Shown here: one piece after another, positions 8,953-17,900 of the stretch
Layout of the letters: every line of letters starts with the position of its first letter
Position numbering within the stretch: position 1 is the first letter of the stretch
From: a virus
Taxonomy: Duplodnaviria > Caudoviricetes
Virus record (IMG/VR): IMGVR_UViG_3300005662_000030
Coordinates: 1 to 64,000 of that record
Reading direction: 5' to 3' (one strand)
Length of the DNA stretch: 64,000 nt
Notes under the pieces: generated by a model
The model's input: the letters and a program-made list of their open reading frames with translations, nothing else
Told to the model about the DNA's origin: nothing
The model's database searches: none
Position numbers and translations under genes: made by a program

Positions 8953-9762
8953 ATGCAGTCATCATTCCCTTTCCCAGGTAGGTTCGATGCCGATTCAGCA
9001 TCTTCAAGTAAGTGGGAACAATATGTAGAGAACAAGAATAGAGTTTCTCAACAGGAAGCTAAGTTCTATAACGATAGCGACCCAAGAAGGCTGAAGGCAG
9101 AGGGAAACTTATCATACCTTACTTTTATCGAAATAGTAAAAATGCTATGGGAGAACTCATATCCAGACATACCAATTGTAGCTACATTCGGAGGCAAGTT
9201 TGCCAAATATCCATGTATAGCTTATGGAACAGAATTAAAAAGAGCACATAGCCAAGAACCAAAGTCTAGATATAGAGAAAGAGTTTTGGGAGAGGATAAT
9301 ATATATTATATTATAGAAGGACAACGTTTCCAAAATATCGTTTCTTTTGCTATTATGGTTGAGGCAAACGCTGGTCAATTAGACGGAGAAAGCCAAAGAT
9401 ATGAAGGCGCTGAAGTGGCTGACAGAATCATGGAAATATTTGAGGACTTCATGCTTGAATATACTCCAGTTTTTAAAAGATTGGGAGCATCAGAGTTTGT
9501 CTACGCCAGAAGAATGTCAGATACCGAAATAAACATGGATCAAACTGACGTAATTAAAAGAATGGTTACCTATATGCTAACAACGGAAAAGGTAATAGTT
9601 AGTCCAGTCGGCAGGATTGAAGAAATTACAGCTGATATCAGGCAATGGATGGCGTACGAAAAGACGTTAGTTGACGAAGCGGCAACGCCAGCATCTCAAT
9701 ACCTACAAGGTATGGACGTACAATTAGTTGACTTGTTTCAAGGATCGACCCCAAATAGCTAG
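8953..9762 (+). CDS. Probable tail completion/terminator (neck) protein
   Basis: Lies immediately before the sheath. Motifs AKYPCIAY, FQNIVSF and ADRIMEIFEDFM fit tail-terminator-like folds. Confidence 0.45.
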   Translation: MQSSFPFPGRFDADSASSSKWEQYVENKNRVSQQEAKFYNDSDPRRLKAEGNLSYLTFIEIVKMLWENSYPDIPIVATFGGKFAKYPCIAYGTELKRAHSQEPKSRYRERVLGEDNIYYIIEGQRFQNIVSFAIMVEANAGQLDGESQRYEGAEVADRIMEIFEDFMLEYTPVFKRLGASEFVYARRMSDTEINMDQTDVIKRMVTYMLTTEKVIVSPVGRIEEITADIRQWMAYEKTLVDEAATPASQYLQGMDVQLVDLFQGSTPNS

Positions 9763-9815
9763 TATAATTAATAACTGTTTCAAGTAAATGAAGTTGGTTT
9801 TTATATGTACCCCAT

Positions 9816-9822
9816 TACTATA
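9816..9822 (+). promoter_or_regulatory. TACTATA promoter element upstream of sheath/tube
   Basis: Recurrent heptamer followed by a strong GGAGGT RBS and the ATG at 9871. Confidence 0.55.
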
Positions 9823-9870
9823 TCTTTCGAGTTAATCCAATAAATCCGTGACTCGGAGGTTAAAAATAAC

Positions 9871-11100
9871 ATGGCTCTACCAGGTGTAAAAACAATAATT
9901 AAAGATCGCTTCTACAGCATTTCCCGTCAGGATACTCCTGTTGGGCCAAGAATCGTTGTACTTGCTAAAAGAGACACAGCAGACGGAACAGGTAACGTTG
10001 CAGACCTTGACGTCGTTTTGTGCACAAACGAACAAGACGTAATCACTGCTTTTGGTGAAGACTCACATTGCCATAGAGCATATGTTGAGCTTGTTGCTGC
10101 TGGTGGAGAAAGAATCTATATGGTTCCACTTCCAAGCGACACAACATGGAACCACACAACAGCAGCTGTAACTAGCGTTGATTTTGGTGGAAGCATATTC
10201 GATGCGATGTTTATTGCAGCTGAAGCAGCTCAACCAGACATCATCGTGCCTTGGGGTAGAGGTGGAGCGCCAGAACAGTGGGCTGCTACTCCTTCAACTC
10301 CAGACTATGGTTTCTACGCAGATAACAGCACAACAGTTGCTAATAACTGGGCATACAAAATTGCAGGTGCAGTTAAAACAATTAACGAAAACACTCACCC
10401 ATGCTTCGCCGTTCTTGGTGTAAAACCTTATGCTGGAACAAATGAAGTAATGACACCTGGCCAGGTTACAACACATCTTGCTCTTGCAACTCTCCCAGAC
10501 AGAGATGCAGACAATACTCTTAAAGAGATTGGAAGACACGTTGTTGTAGTTGGAACAGAACTTAAGCCAAGTTCGTACCCAGCAACTTGGGGTTATTCAA
10601 ATGGTGCAGCAGCTCTTGCAGCAGCGATCAGCAGAATGGCTTCCTATACTTCAACAATTAACAAGACTGTATATAACGTTGCAGCCTTGAGGTACAATCC
10701 ACCTAAGTCAACCCTTTTGGCGATGACAAATAAGGGTGTAAACTCAATCATGTTGAACTTCAATAGAGCACCAATCTTCACAGACGGTGTTACATTTGCT
10801 GGTAGTAGTTCAGACTACACAAGATTGACAACATTGAGAATTATCAATGAAGCTATGTTGGTTGTTCGTCAGAGCTGCCAGAAGTTCATTGGTCAACCTT
10901 CAACACTGCAGGTTAGAAACTCGATGGAAACATCTATCACATCCTCACTTAGAGGAATGCAGCAGTTGGGAGCTGTCTTAGACAGTGACTTCAACATCAG
11001 ATACATTGCTGAAGAAAGCAAAGCTGTTATTGACCTAGTAATTACACCTGCGTTTGAACTTAGAAACATTGAAGTTCAGATGTCAGTTGAACTTGGTTAA
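9871..11100 (+). CDS. Major tail sheath protein (compact, 409 aa)
   Basis: N-terminal MALPGV. Sheath C-terminal domain GVNSI...DGVT...DYTRLTTLRII...KFIGQP...LRGMQQLGAV...IDLVITPAFELRNIEV. Strong RBS. Confidence 0.88.
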   Translation: MALPGVKTIIKDRFYSISRQDTPVGPRIVVLAKRDTADGTGNVADLDVVLCTNEQDVITAFGEDSHCHRAYVELVAAGGERIYMVPLPSDTTWNHTTAAVTSVDFGGSIFDAMFIAAEAAQPDIIVPWGRGGAPEQWAATPSTPDYGFYADNSTTVANNWAYKIAGAVKTINENTHPCFAVLGVKPYAGTNEVMTPGQVTTHLALATLPDRDADNTLKEIGRHVVVVGTELKPSSYPATWGYSNGAAALAAAISRMASYTSTINKTVYNVAALRYNPPKSTLLAMTNKGVNSIMLNFNRAPIFTDGVTFAGSSSDYTRLTTLRIINEAMLVVRQSCQKFIGQPSTLQVRNSMETSITSSLRGMQQLGAVLDSDFNIRYIAEESKAVIDLVITPAFELRNIEVQMSVELG

Positions 11101-11149
11101 TATAATATAAAAAACCACTGCAAATTTATATACCGATTAGGAGGGTAAT

Positions 11150-11839
11150 ATGGCAGGCGAATACTATGACAGCCCAGTAAATAAGTATCTTAATACTTAT
11201 ACTACATTCTCTGGTGCTGATATTGTTGCCACTTTTGGTGGCGTTGAAATCGGAGCTCTTTCAGGAATCACTTTCTCAGTGACAAGAGAAAAGGCGCCAA
11301 TCTACACAATGGGTTCACCAAACCCACGTTCATTCTCAAGAGGTAAAAGAGGTATTGCTGGTTCGTTGATCTTCACAGTATTCGACCGCCCAGCGCTCTA
11401 CACGATGCTTGAAACACATCACAACACCTCAACAGAGATGAAGTTCTTTACAAGAGCACACAATACACTTCCTGGCGATCCAAGCCACAAGAGAGGTATT
11501 GCTGAGGTTACAACTCAGACAAGAGACGTAGTTAGCAAGACACCATACTACGCAGACCAGATCCCACCATTTGACATTACAATTACATTTGTAAACGAAT
11601 ATGGACAAGCAGCTGCTAGATCAATCTATGGCGTTGAACTCTTGAACGAAGGTTCTGGAGCTTCGATGGACGACATCGTTATCGAAGAAACAATGACATA
11701 TGTTGCTCGTGAAATTGGTCCTATGTACAGAATTACAACAGATCAACTTAACAGATTCAACTCTGATGACCTCGGATCTTTGATTAGCAAAGATGCAGTA
11801 TCGTCAAGCGGATTAAACAGCGAGATAATTAGACCATAA
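11150..11839 (+). CDS. Major tail tube protein
   Basis: Follows the sheath with a GGAGGG RBS. Tube-fold pattern FSGADIVATF...ITFSVTREKAPIYTMG...RGKRGIAGSLIF...PPFDITITFVNEYG...MTYVARE. Confidence 0.8.
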   Translation: MAGEYYDSPVNKYLNTYTTFSGADIVATFGGVEIGALSGITFSVTREKAPIYTMGSPNPRSFSRGKRGIAGSLIFTVFDRPALYTMLETHHNTSTEMKFFTRAHNTLPGDPSHKRGIAEVTTQTRDVVSKTPYYADQIPPFDITITFVNEYGQAAARSIYGVELLNEGSGASMDDIVIEETMTYVAREIGPMYRITTDQLNRFNSDDLGSLISKDAVSSSGLNSEIIRP

Positions 11840-11869
11840 TTGCAAATTAGTAGTTATATTAGTTATTAT

Positions 11870-11913
11870 ATAGTGGAGGATTTGGTGAACGCCCGATCCT
11901 CCACTATTTTAAT
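11870..11913 (+). terminator. Intrinsic terminator/attenuator after the tube gene
   Basis: Perfect 12-bp inverted repeat ATAGTGGAGGAT (11870-11881) / ATCCTCCACTAT (11896-11907), followed by a T-rich tract. Confidence 0.75.
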
Positions 11914-11925
11914 TTAAGGAACAAC

Positions 11926-12690
11926 ATGGCTTTTGATAAAAAAGATGTCTCAGATATAGCCAATCTTACGACTATAACGTCTAGGAAAAATAGAGCATCT
12001 ACGTATGAAACTAGTATAAAAGACTTTAGAAAAAATAATAATCTTCCAGATCCATTTTCGGATATGTCTTTTTCTGGAGCGGATATAACAGCTACCATAA
12101 TCATACCTAAAATTGGAGAAAATGGTTTTATCACCAATGAAGGTGATGTTCTTGAAATGGCAGAACTGCAAACCATATCTTACTCTATGCACAGAGAAAA
12201 TTCTCCAGTAAGAACTTTGGGTCACGTCAATCCTAGGGGATTCGTAAAGGGCGCTAGAACAATTGCTGGAAGTATGATCTTTACACAATTTAACGAATAC
12301 GCATTTTATAGAATAGAAAGTTATAGAAAAATACTTTCTGACAGCAAAGGCTTTTACGCTCCTTTGGCGGACATGCTTCCTCCGTTTGATATTGTATTTA
12401 CATTTTTTAACGAATATGGCTTAGCAGCTAAAATGAAAATATTTGGAGTTACCCTTGTTGACGAGGGCGGTACTATGTCGATAGACGACTTAATTACAGA
12501 ACAAACGTACACTTATATGGCAAGAGGTTTGCAGCCTCTGGTACAATTGGATACAGCTCATGATGATATGAGATACCCAGATGGTTTTCAAGCTCAACAA
12601 AATGAGAGATTAAGAATTAGCAACAACGCTTTTGGTGATAGAGTTGAAGATTATAGAAACTTTATCGAAAAAATATATCGTATATCTTAA
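11926..12690 (+). CDS. Tail tube paralog 2 (minor tube/initiator-like)
   Basis: Clear paralog of 11150: FSGADITAT, ISYSMHRENSPVRTLG, KGARTIAGSMIF, LPPFDIVFTFFNEYG, TYTYMARG. Confidence 0.75.
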   Translation: MAFDKKDVSDIANLTTITSRKNRASTYETSIKDFRKNNNLPDPFSDMSFSGADITATIIIPKIGENGFITNEGDVLEMAELQTISYSMHRENSPVRTLGHVNPRGFVKGARTIAGSMIFTQFNEYAFYRIESYRKILSDSKGFYAPLADMLPPFDIVFTFFNEYGLAAKMKIFGVTLVDEGGTMSIDDLITEQTYTYMARGLQPLVQLDTAHDDMRYPDGFQAQQNERLRISNNAFGDRVEDYRNFIEKIYRIS

Positions 12691-12698
12691 GGTAAATT

Positions 12699-13736
12699 AT
12701 GACTAGTCCATATAAAGCAACTCCATATAGACCATTTACTGGTTATATTCCATACGATGAAACGGTATCAAATAATCCAGGATTAAAAAATAAAGATGGT
12801 TTATTTGATCCACTAACATCAGAGTTGGATTTATATTGGGCTGGTGGTAAAAGTTCTGGCGATCCTAGATTTAGTAATTATTATGATTATTTTTTTTCTG
12901 GTGAAGATGTTAGAGTTTACATAGATGGTTTGTTTGACCCTAAAGATGAATTAGACATAGCTGGATTTGGCTTTATGGTAAAGCAAGAAAAGCAAGCAGT
13001 TTATGGATTTTGGTCTTATAATTTTGATGCCATAATGAATGGAACAAGAATAATAAGCGGACAGTTCTCTGTTTATTCTAGGTATCCAAGAAGAATGACA
13101 GAGATGCTTGAGCAAGCAGCTAGGGTAAGGTCTCAATCGGCATCTAGTAAACAAGATTCTTCTGGTGTTGTTTCTGTTATGAGATCACAAAATGAATCTA
13201 AAACAGATGAAGAAAATATTCAAAAATATTGGGCTAATAGCCAACTAGACAGAATTACTACAGATCCAGCTATCACATCATCTGTGGCAGATGGACAGCA
13301 TAATATATTTAGTGCTCACCCACCGTTTAACTTTGTTATAGTTTACGGTGTTGAAGAATCAGGTTTGAGTCCAGTTGGAGTTACTGATAATATGACTTCA
13401 GCATCAATGGAGCAAAGGGATAATTTAGATAGGATAATTTCAACAGACATTAATGAAAGAAAAGTCAAAATGTCAAATCAAAAAACTCCTATGAAAATTG
13501 TTTTACAAAATGTTCATCTTTTAAATATGAGTACAGAATATCAAAGTGGCGGAGCACCTTTAATTGAAACTTATAGTTTTGTAGCTAGAGACTTTTATCT
13601 TACAGAAGCTCAATCTGGCTTTAATCCATATACTGGAAAGACGTTTGTTTCATCAGCTCCAGAGTCAAATACCAGCGCTAAAGCTGTCGTGGAAAGTCCA
13701 TTGGTCAATAGAGCCGATATAACTTTACCAAGATAA
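12699..13736 (+). CDS. Tail tube paralog 3 (divergent)
   Basis: FFSGEDVRVYI, KQEKQAVYGF, GTRIISGQF, HPPFNFVIVYG and ETYSFVARD align with the tube motifs. Confidence 0.65.
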   Translation: MTSPYKATPYRPFTGYIPYDETVSNNPGLKNKDGLFDPLTSELDLYWAGGKSSGDPRFSNYYDYFFSGEDVRVYIDGLFDPKDELDIAGFGFMVKQEKQAVYGFWSYNFDAIMNGTRIISGQFSVYSRYPRRMTEMLEQAARVRSQSASSKQDSSGVVSVMRSQNESKTDEENIQKYWANSQLDRITTDPAITSSVADGQHNIFSAHPPFNFVIVYGVEESGLSPVGVTDNMTSASMEQRDNLDRIISTDINERKVKMSNQKTPMKIVLQNVHLLNMSTEYQSGGAPLIETYSFVARDFYLTEAQSGFNPYTGKTFVSSAPESNTSAKAVVESPLVNRADITLPR

Positions 13737-13753
13737 TATTTTAATAATATATA

Positions 13754-13762
13754 TGATACAAT
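13754..13762 (+). promoter_or_regulatory. Extended -10 promoter (TGATACAAT)
   Basis: TGnTACAAT in an AT-rich gap upstream of the AAGGAG RBS and the ATG at 13791. Confidence 0.45.
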
Positions 13763-13790
13763 GTAATTGGAAATTAAATAAGGAGAAATC

Positions 13791-14339
13791 ATGTCTGAGA
13801 ATAGAAAAGTGGTTATTAGAAAAGATGGCGAAGCAGCTGAAAAGTTCTCAGCTGATAGCGCTGAGGTTTTTGTAGAAACAGAAAATGTAGTTGAGGGTGA
13901 TATTGTGGTTAAAGACGTCGAAGACGTTCCATACGCAGGTATAGATCCTTCTGAAGCTACAACTGTAGAAGAGTTGGCTGACGATCAAGTTATCTTTGAT
14001 AACGGTCCAACAGCAGGTTCAGTTAAGGCTTGGAAGAAAACACATGGAGAAGTCTATGTAACTTCCATTTCTTTTGATAAGCACATTGTTTGGAGAGTTT
14101 TAACCAGACTTGAATACAAGCAACTTGTTAAGAAAATGGAGCAATTAGTAGCTGCTGGTCAGCTGTCAAACGCAGAAGCCAACATGTGGAACGAAGAAGC
14201 AATCGCAGAACTATGTATACTCTTCCCATCTTATGACAAGAATTCTCTTACTGGAGAAATGGCTGGACTTCCATCATTGATCTCTCAAGAAGTTTTGGAA
14301 GCTTCTGGATTCGTAGCACTAGAGGTAAGACAGCTCTAA
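13791..14339 (+). CDS. Tail assembly chaperone (paralog 1)
   Basis: Between the tube genes and the tape measure gene. Pattern AWKKTHGEVY...IVWRVLTRLEYK...CILFP...AGLPSLISQEVLEASGF. Confidence 0.7.
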   Translation: MSENRKVVIRKDGEAAEKFSADSAEVFVETENVVEGDIVVKDVEDVPYAGIDPSEATTVEELADDQVIFDNGPTAGSVKAWKKTHGEVYVTSISFDKHIVWRVLTRLEYKQLVKKMEQLVAAGQLSNAEANMWNEEAIAELCILFPSYDKNSLTGEMAGLPSLISQEVLEASGFVALEVRQL

Positions 14340-14340
14340 G

Positions 14341-14974
14341 ATGTTAGATGCAGGAATACTGTTTGAACTTAAACAAAAACATGGTCTAATATTTCAAACT
14401 GAAATTAAACGGAATTGAAATAGTATTTAAGGAACTAACGTTTGCTGAATTTGATAAGATTGCTGCGTACAAAAACGATTCTCAATTATCTTCAGCAGAC
14501 GCAGAAGATGAGATTATTAAATCAGCTGTAGTTTATCCGTTAGATTTTGACCTTAATAAATTTCCCCCTGGAGCTATCACAGCTTTAGCAGAGCAGATTG
14601 TAAACTTTTCAGGTTTTTCTTCTGCCCGTATAGCCAAAAGGGTTTTAGACGAAAAAAGGCAAATAGCTAATCAAGTTAGAGGCTTAATGAAAGCCTTTGT
14701 TCTAGCTACTATACATACAGATACTCCAGAGTTTTTAGACGGTTTGACCTATTCTCAATTGGCCGAAAGGGTTGCACTAGCTGAAAGGATTATCGAAGTT
14801 AAACAGGCTATAGCTGGAATAGAATCTACGGATGTAACTCTAACCTTAATAGATCCTGAAGAAGAAAAACAAAAAGAAGCTCAAACCGCAGCAAGACACG
14901 ATGCTTCTAAGATGGAAGGCGCTGCTAAATATAATGACCCAATTGCCCAGAAGTTGTGGGGTATGGGTAGATAA
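14341..14974 (+). CDS. Tail assembly chaperone paralog 2, 210 aa; needs a +1 shift at CGGA 14410-14413
   Basis: ATG 14341 reads ...LKQKHGLIFQTEIK to CGG at 14410 (stop at 14416). The +1 frame (GIEIVFKELTFAEF...VVYP...PGAITALAEQIVNFSGF) is open through the annotated 14687-14974 ORF and aligns with chaperone paralog 1. Confidence 0.75.
14410..14413 (+). other. CGGA +1 recoding site 2 (codon 24)
   Basis: AAA|CGGA|ATT. Stops at 14387 (+1 frame) and 14416 (0 frame) bracket the shift. Confidence 0.78.
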
Positions 14975-14989
14975 TAAAGGGGGTGAAAA

Positions 14990-17900
14990 ATGTTAAGAGA
15001 CAATGGACCAATTCATAATATTGGCCACAATGTAACCTCCCGAGATCTTGGTCGGACAAAATGAAGAAAATGGTTTAAGCCCAGACTCTGGTTTTGTATC
15101 AAGAGCTCTAGATGGCAACCCAATGCTAAAGATGGGTGCTGCCCTAGTTGCAACAGGAGTTGCTGCAACAGTTGCAGGTAAGCTAGTTAGGGGTCAGGGA
15201 CTAAAGCTTCGGATATAAGTTAACACAAGCCGCTGGGGAAATAGAAGCTGCTGGAAGAACAAGTGCAATAACAAAAGCACACAGTGGACTTTTAAAGATG
15301 AGGTCCATTCTAGACGAATTAGAAGGTGTATCCAGAAGTGCAACTGGAAGAAAGAGCTTAGTATTTGAATCAGTTGTAAACGGTACAGCTGTAAAGGGCA
15401 TGTATGAAACTGGTTATGATGGCGCAAAAAGCGTAGTCAATGCAGGATATTCTTTTGAGAGAGAGGGTATTGATTCTGTTGTAAGCAGAGGTAGTTTATC
15501 TAAAGTAGGCAAGTGGTCATTTAGAGACGAATTGCAACAAAGATTAGTTCGTCAAGCAAGAAGACTTCCTTATGAAGTTCCAGCTTTTTATGCAGCAGAT
15601 AAATTTATAACTAAGCCTTTATTTGGTGGCGCAGAGGAAGATACTGGTCCAAAAAAGAAATGGTATGATCCAACTAGGGGAATAGACCTAGCTAAAGACT
15701 TAGCTAAAACAACACTATTTCAAATGGGTGGCTTTATGCTACCTGGTGCAGCAGCAGGCGCAGCAAAAGCTAGTTCAATAAACTTCTTTAAAACCGCAGA
15801 ACAAAGAATACAAGATCAAGTTGAACGCGGAGCAGCACAAACTGTAGGTAATTTTAAAGAACAAATCTTTAGAAGAGGATTAAACCTACAAGGTGCCCTT
15901 CAAGAAATTGGTCATGATTTAGCTTCTGTATTTGATAAGAGTGTTAAATTTGGAGAAAGATCCTCAGGTGCCCTAGCATCCGCATTCTTAGGGGCAAGTG
16001 GAACTGATAATAATCCAGTTGGAACTTTGTACAGACAAAGACATGGAGCTGTAACTGCACCAGCAACAGTATCTTCTAGATTAAAAACTGGAACAAATTT
16101 AGCTAGAGATATTTACAATAAGAACAATGTAGGTATTACTCAAAATCGAGATTTACTTGAACTTATACCTGGTTATAAAGCCGTAAGGCAAGGTTTAGTG
16201 CAGGGTTATAAAGAATATAAAAACTTAGGTTACGCACAAGAAATTATTGATACAAACAATTTAAACTCAAGATTTACTGTAATTAAAAATGATATTAAAA
16301 GAATAAATAAACTGGGTGTTAATTCTTCTGACCAACCAGTGAACGAAATAATAAGATCATCAATAGACAAAATTCAACTTAGAAGAACTTCACCGTTATC
16401 TAATTTAGTACAACAATACAATAAGCAAACAAGTAAAGAAAATATTTCTTATTTACTCCACCAAAAAGAATATAAAGATAGATTAACTCAATCTTTAGTT
16501 ACAGACCATGGGATGGATCAGAAGGCAGCAAAATTCTTTACAAATAATTTAGATATATCCGAAAGAGCCGTAAAGACCGACCTTAATGGTAATTATTTAC
16601 CAGTTGCTCCAGTTAACAGAATTTCTATTGCTGGTAGCGAAAGATTGCAAAATGGTGAAACATTTTTTCAAGACATTATAGATAGGTTTAACTCAAGTAA
16701 AGTAGCTTCTGGACGCAACATATCAATAACTGGAGATCAATTAAATAAATCAATTGGATCGGTCGATCAATTGTTCATGCAGAATCCTCTGCTTGGCGCA
16801 GATGATTTAGCAATTGATGCTTATAGAAACTCTATTGGAGGCGCTTTTCAAGATGCTGCTTCTACATCAGTATTGTCACCAGCAAAATTATTTAGAGGAG
16901 ATTTTTTAAATAAATCTTTTGCAGAAGGCAATGGAGCTCAAGCGCAAAGAACTTTGACAACACGCGCAGCAAATATTTTAGGAATCAATACCAATGGTAC
17001 TCAAGAAAGCATATTTAACGAACTAAGATTAAGAGGAATAGATCCTAATAATCCAGCGCAATTAAGAGCTTACTTAATAAATAATAATGCAATGAAAGAA
17101 ACAGCTAGTTCTGGTATAGCGGGATTCTTTGGTCTTTCTGGGTTAAAACTTGATAGTTTCTTAGAACAAGAAGAAAAAGTTCATAAAAAATTAACTAATA
17201 TTTTAGGACCAGGAGCTGGTTCATCTACTGCAACTCAAAATTTACTAGTTGGAAAAAAAGCAGAATTAGTTAAAACGCTTGGAGTAGGAGCTCTTGAAAG
17301 GCACGGCCAAGCATTAAGTGATGTTAGAGGTTATTTTAATATTGGTGGAACTACAGTAAACTTTAACCCACTTAAAACTGGAGCTAGAAAAGCTTTAGAA
17401 GTTATTGGAACTGAAACAAAAATTCCAGTAATTAACGTAAACCCATTGCAGATGTTTGGTCTCAAAGACTTCATTGGAATGTCTAAGGCTGGAAGTTTTC
17501 AGCTAACACCAGGTAGAGCAATGCATCCATTCTTAGATGGAGCTGAAGCTGACTTCTATACTTGGCATAGCACTGGTGGATTTTTGGGAACAAAAGGAAA
17601 GCTTTTTGCACACACTGCTACAGCTAAAGGTCCCGTTACAGCACAAACGATGGCAGGATCCTATAGACCACTTCCAGTAAATTCTTCTGGAATGATTGCA
17701 ACTACAGCTGAACTGGCAGCTGGAAAAAGAGTTGTTCAATCACGTACAGCAACAGGGTTTTTGGGCAAGGTAAAAGAAAGATTAGATTACGATACCGAAC
17801 AAGAAAATTCTTTATTTAGATTTTTTGGCAGGTTAGTAAATAGACAAGCTGACATAAACAACGAAGCCGTGATGGGCGGTTTATTGAAGAGTGAATTAGA

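Noticed and set aside
14330-14345. Classical -1 (gpG/gpGT-type) frameshift at the end of the first tail chaperone
   Set aside because: No X XXY YYZ slippery heptamer near the stop, and the next gene has its own ATG immediately after it.
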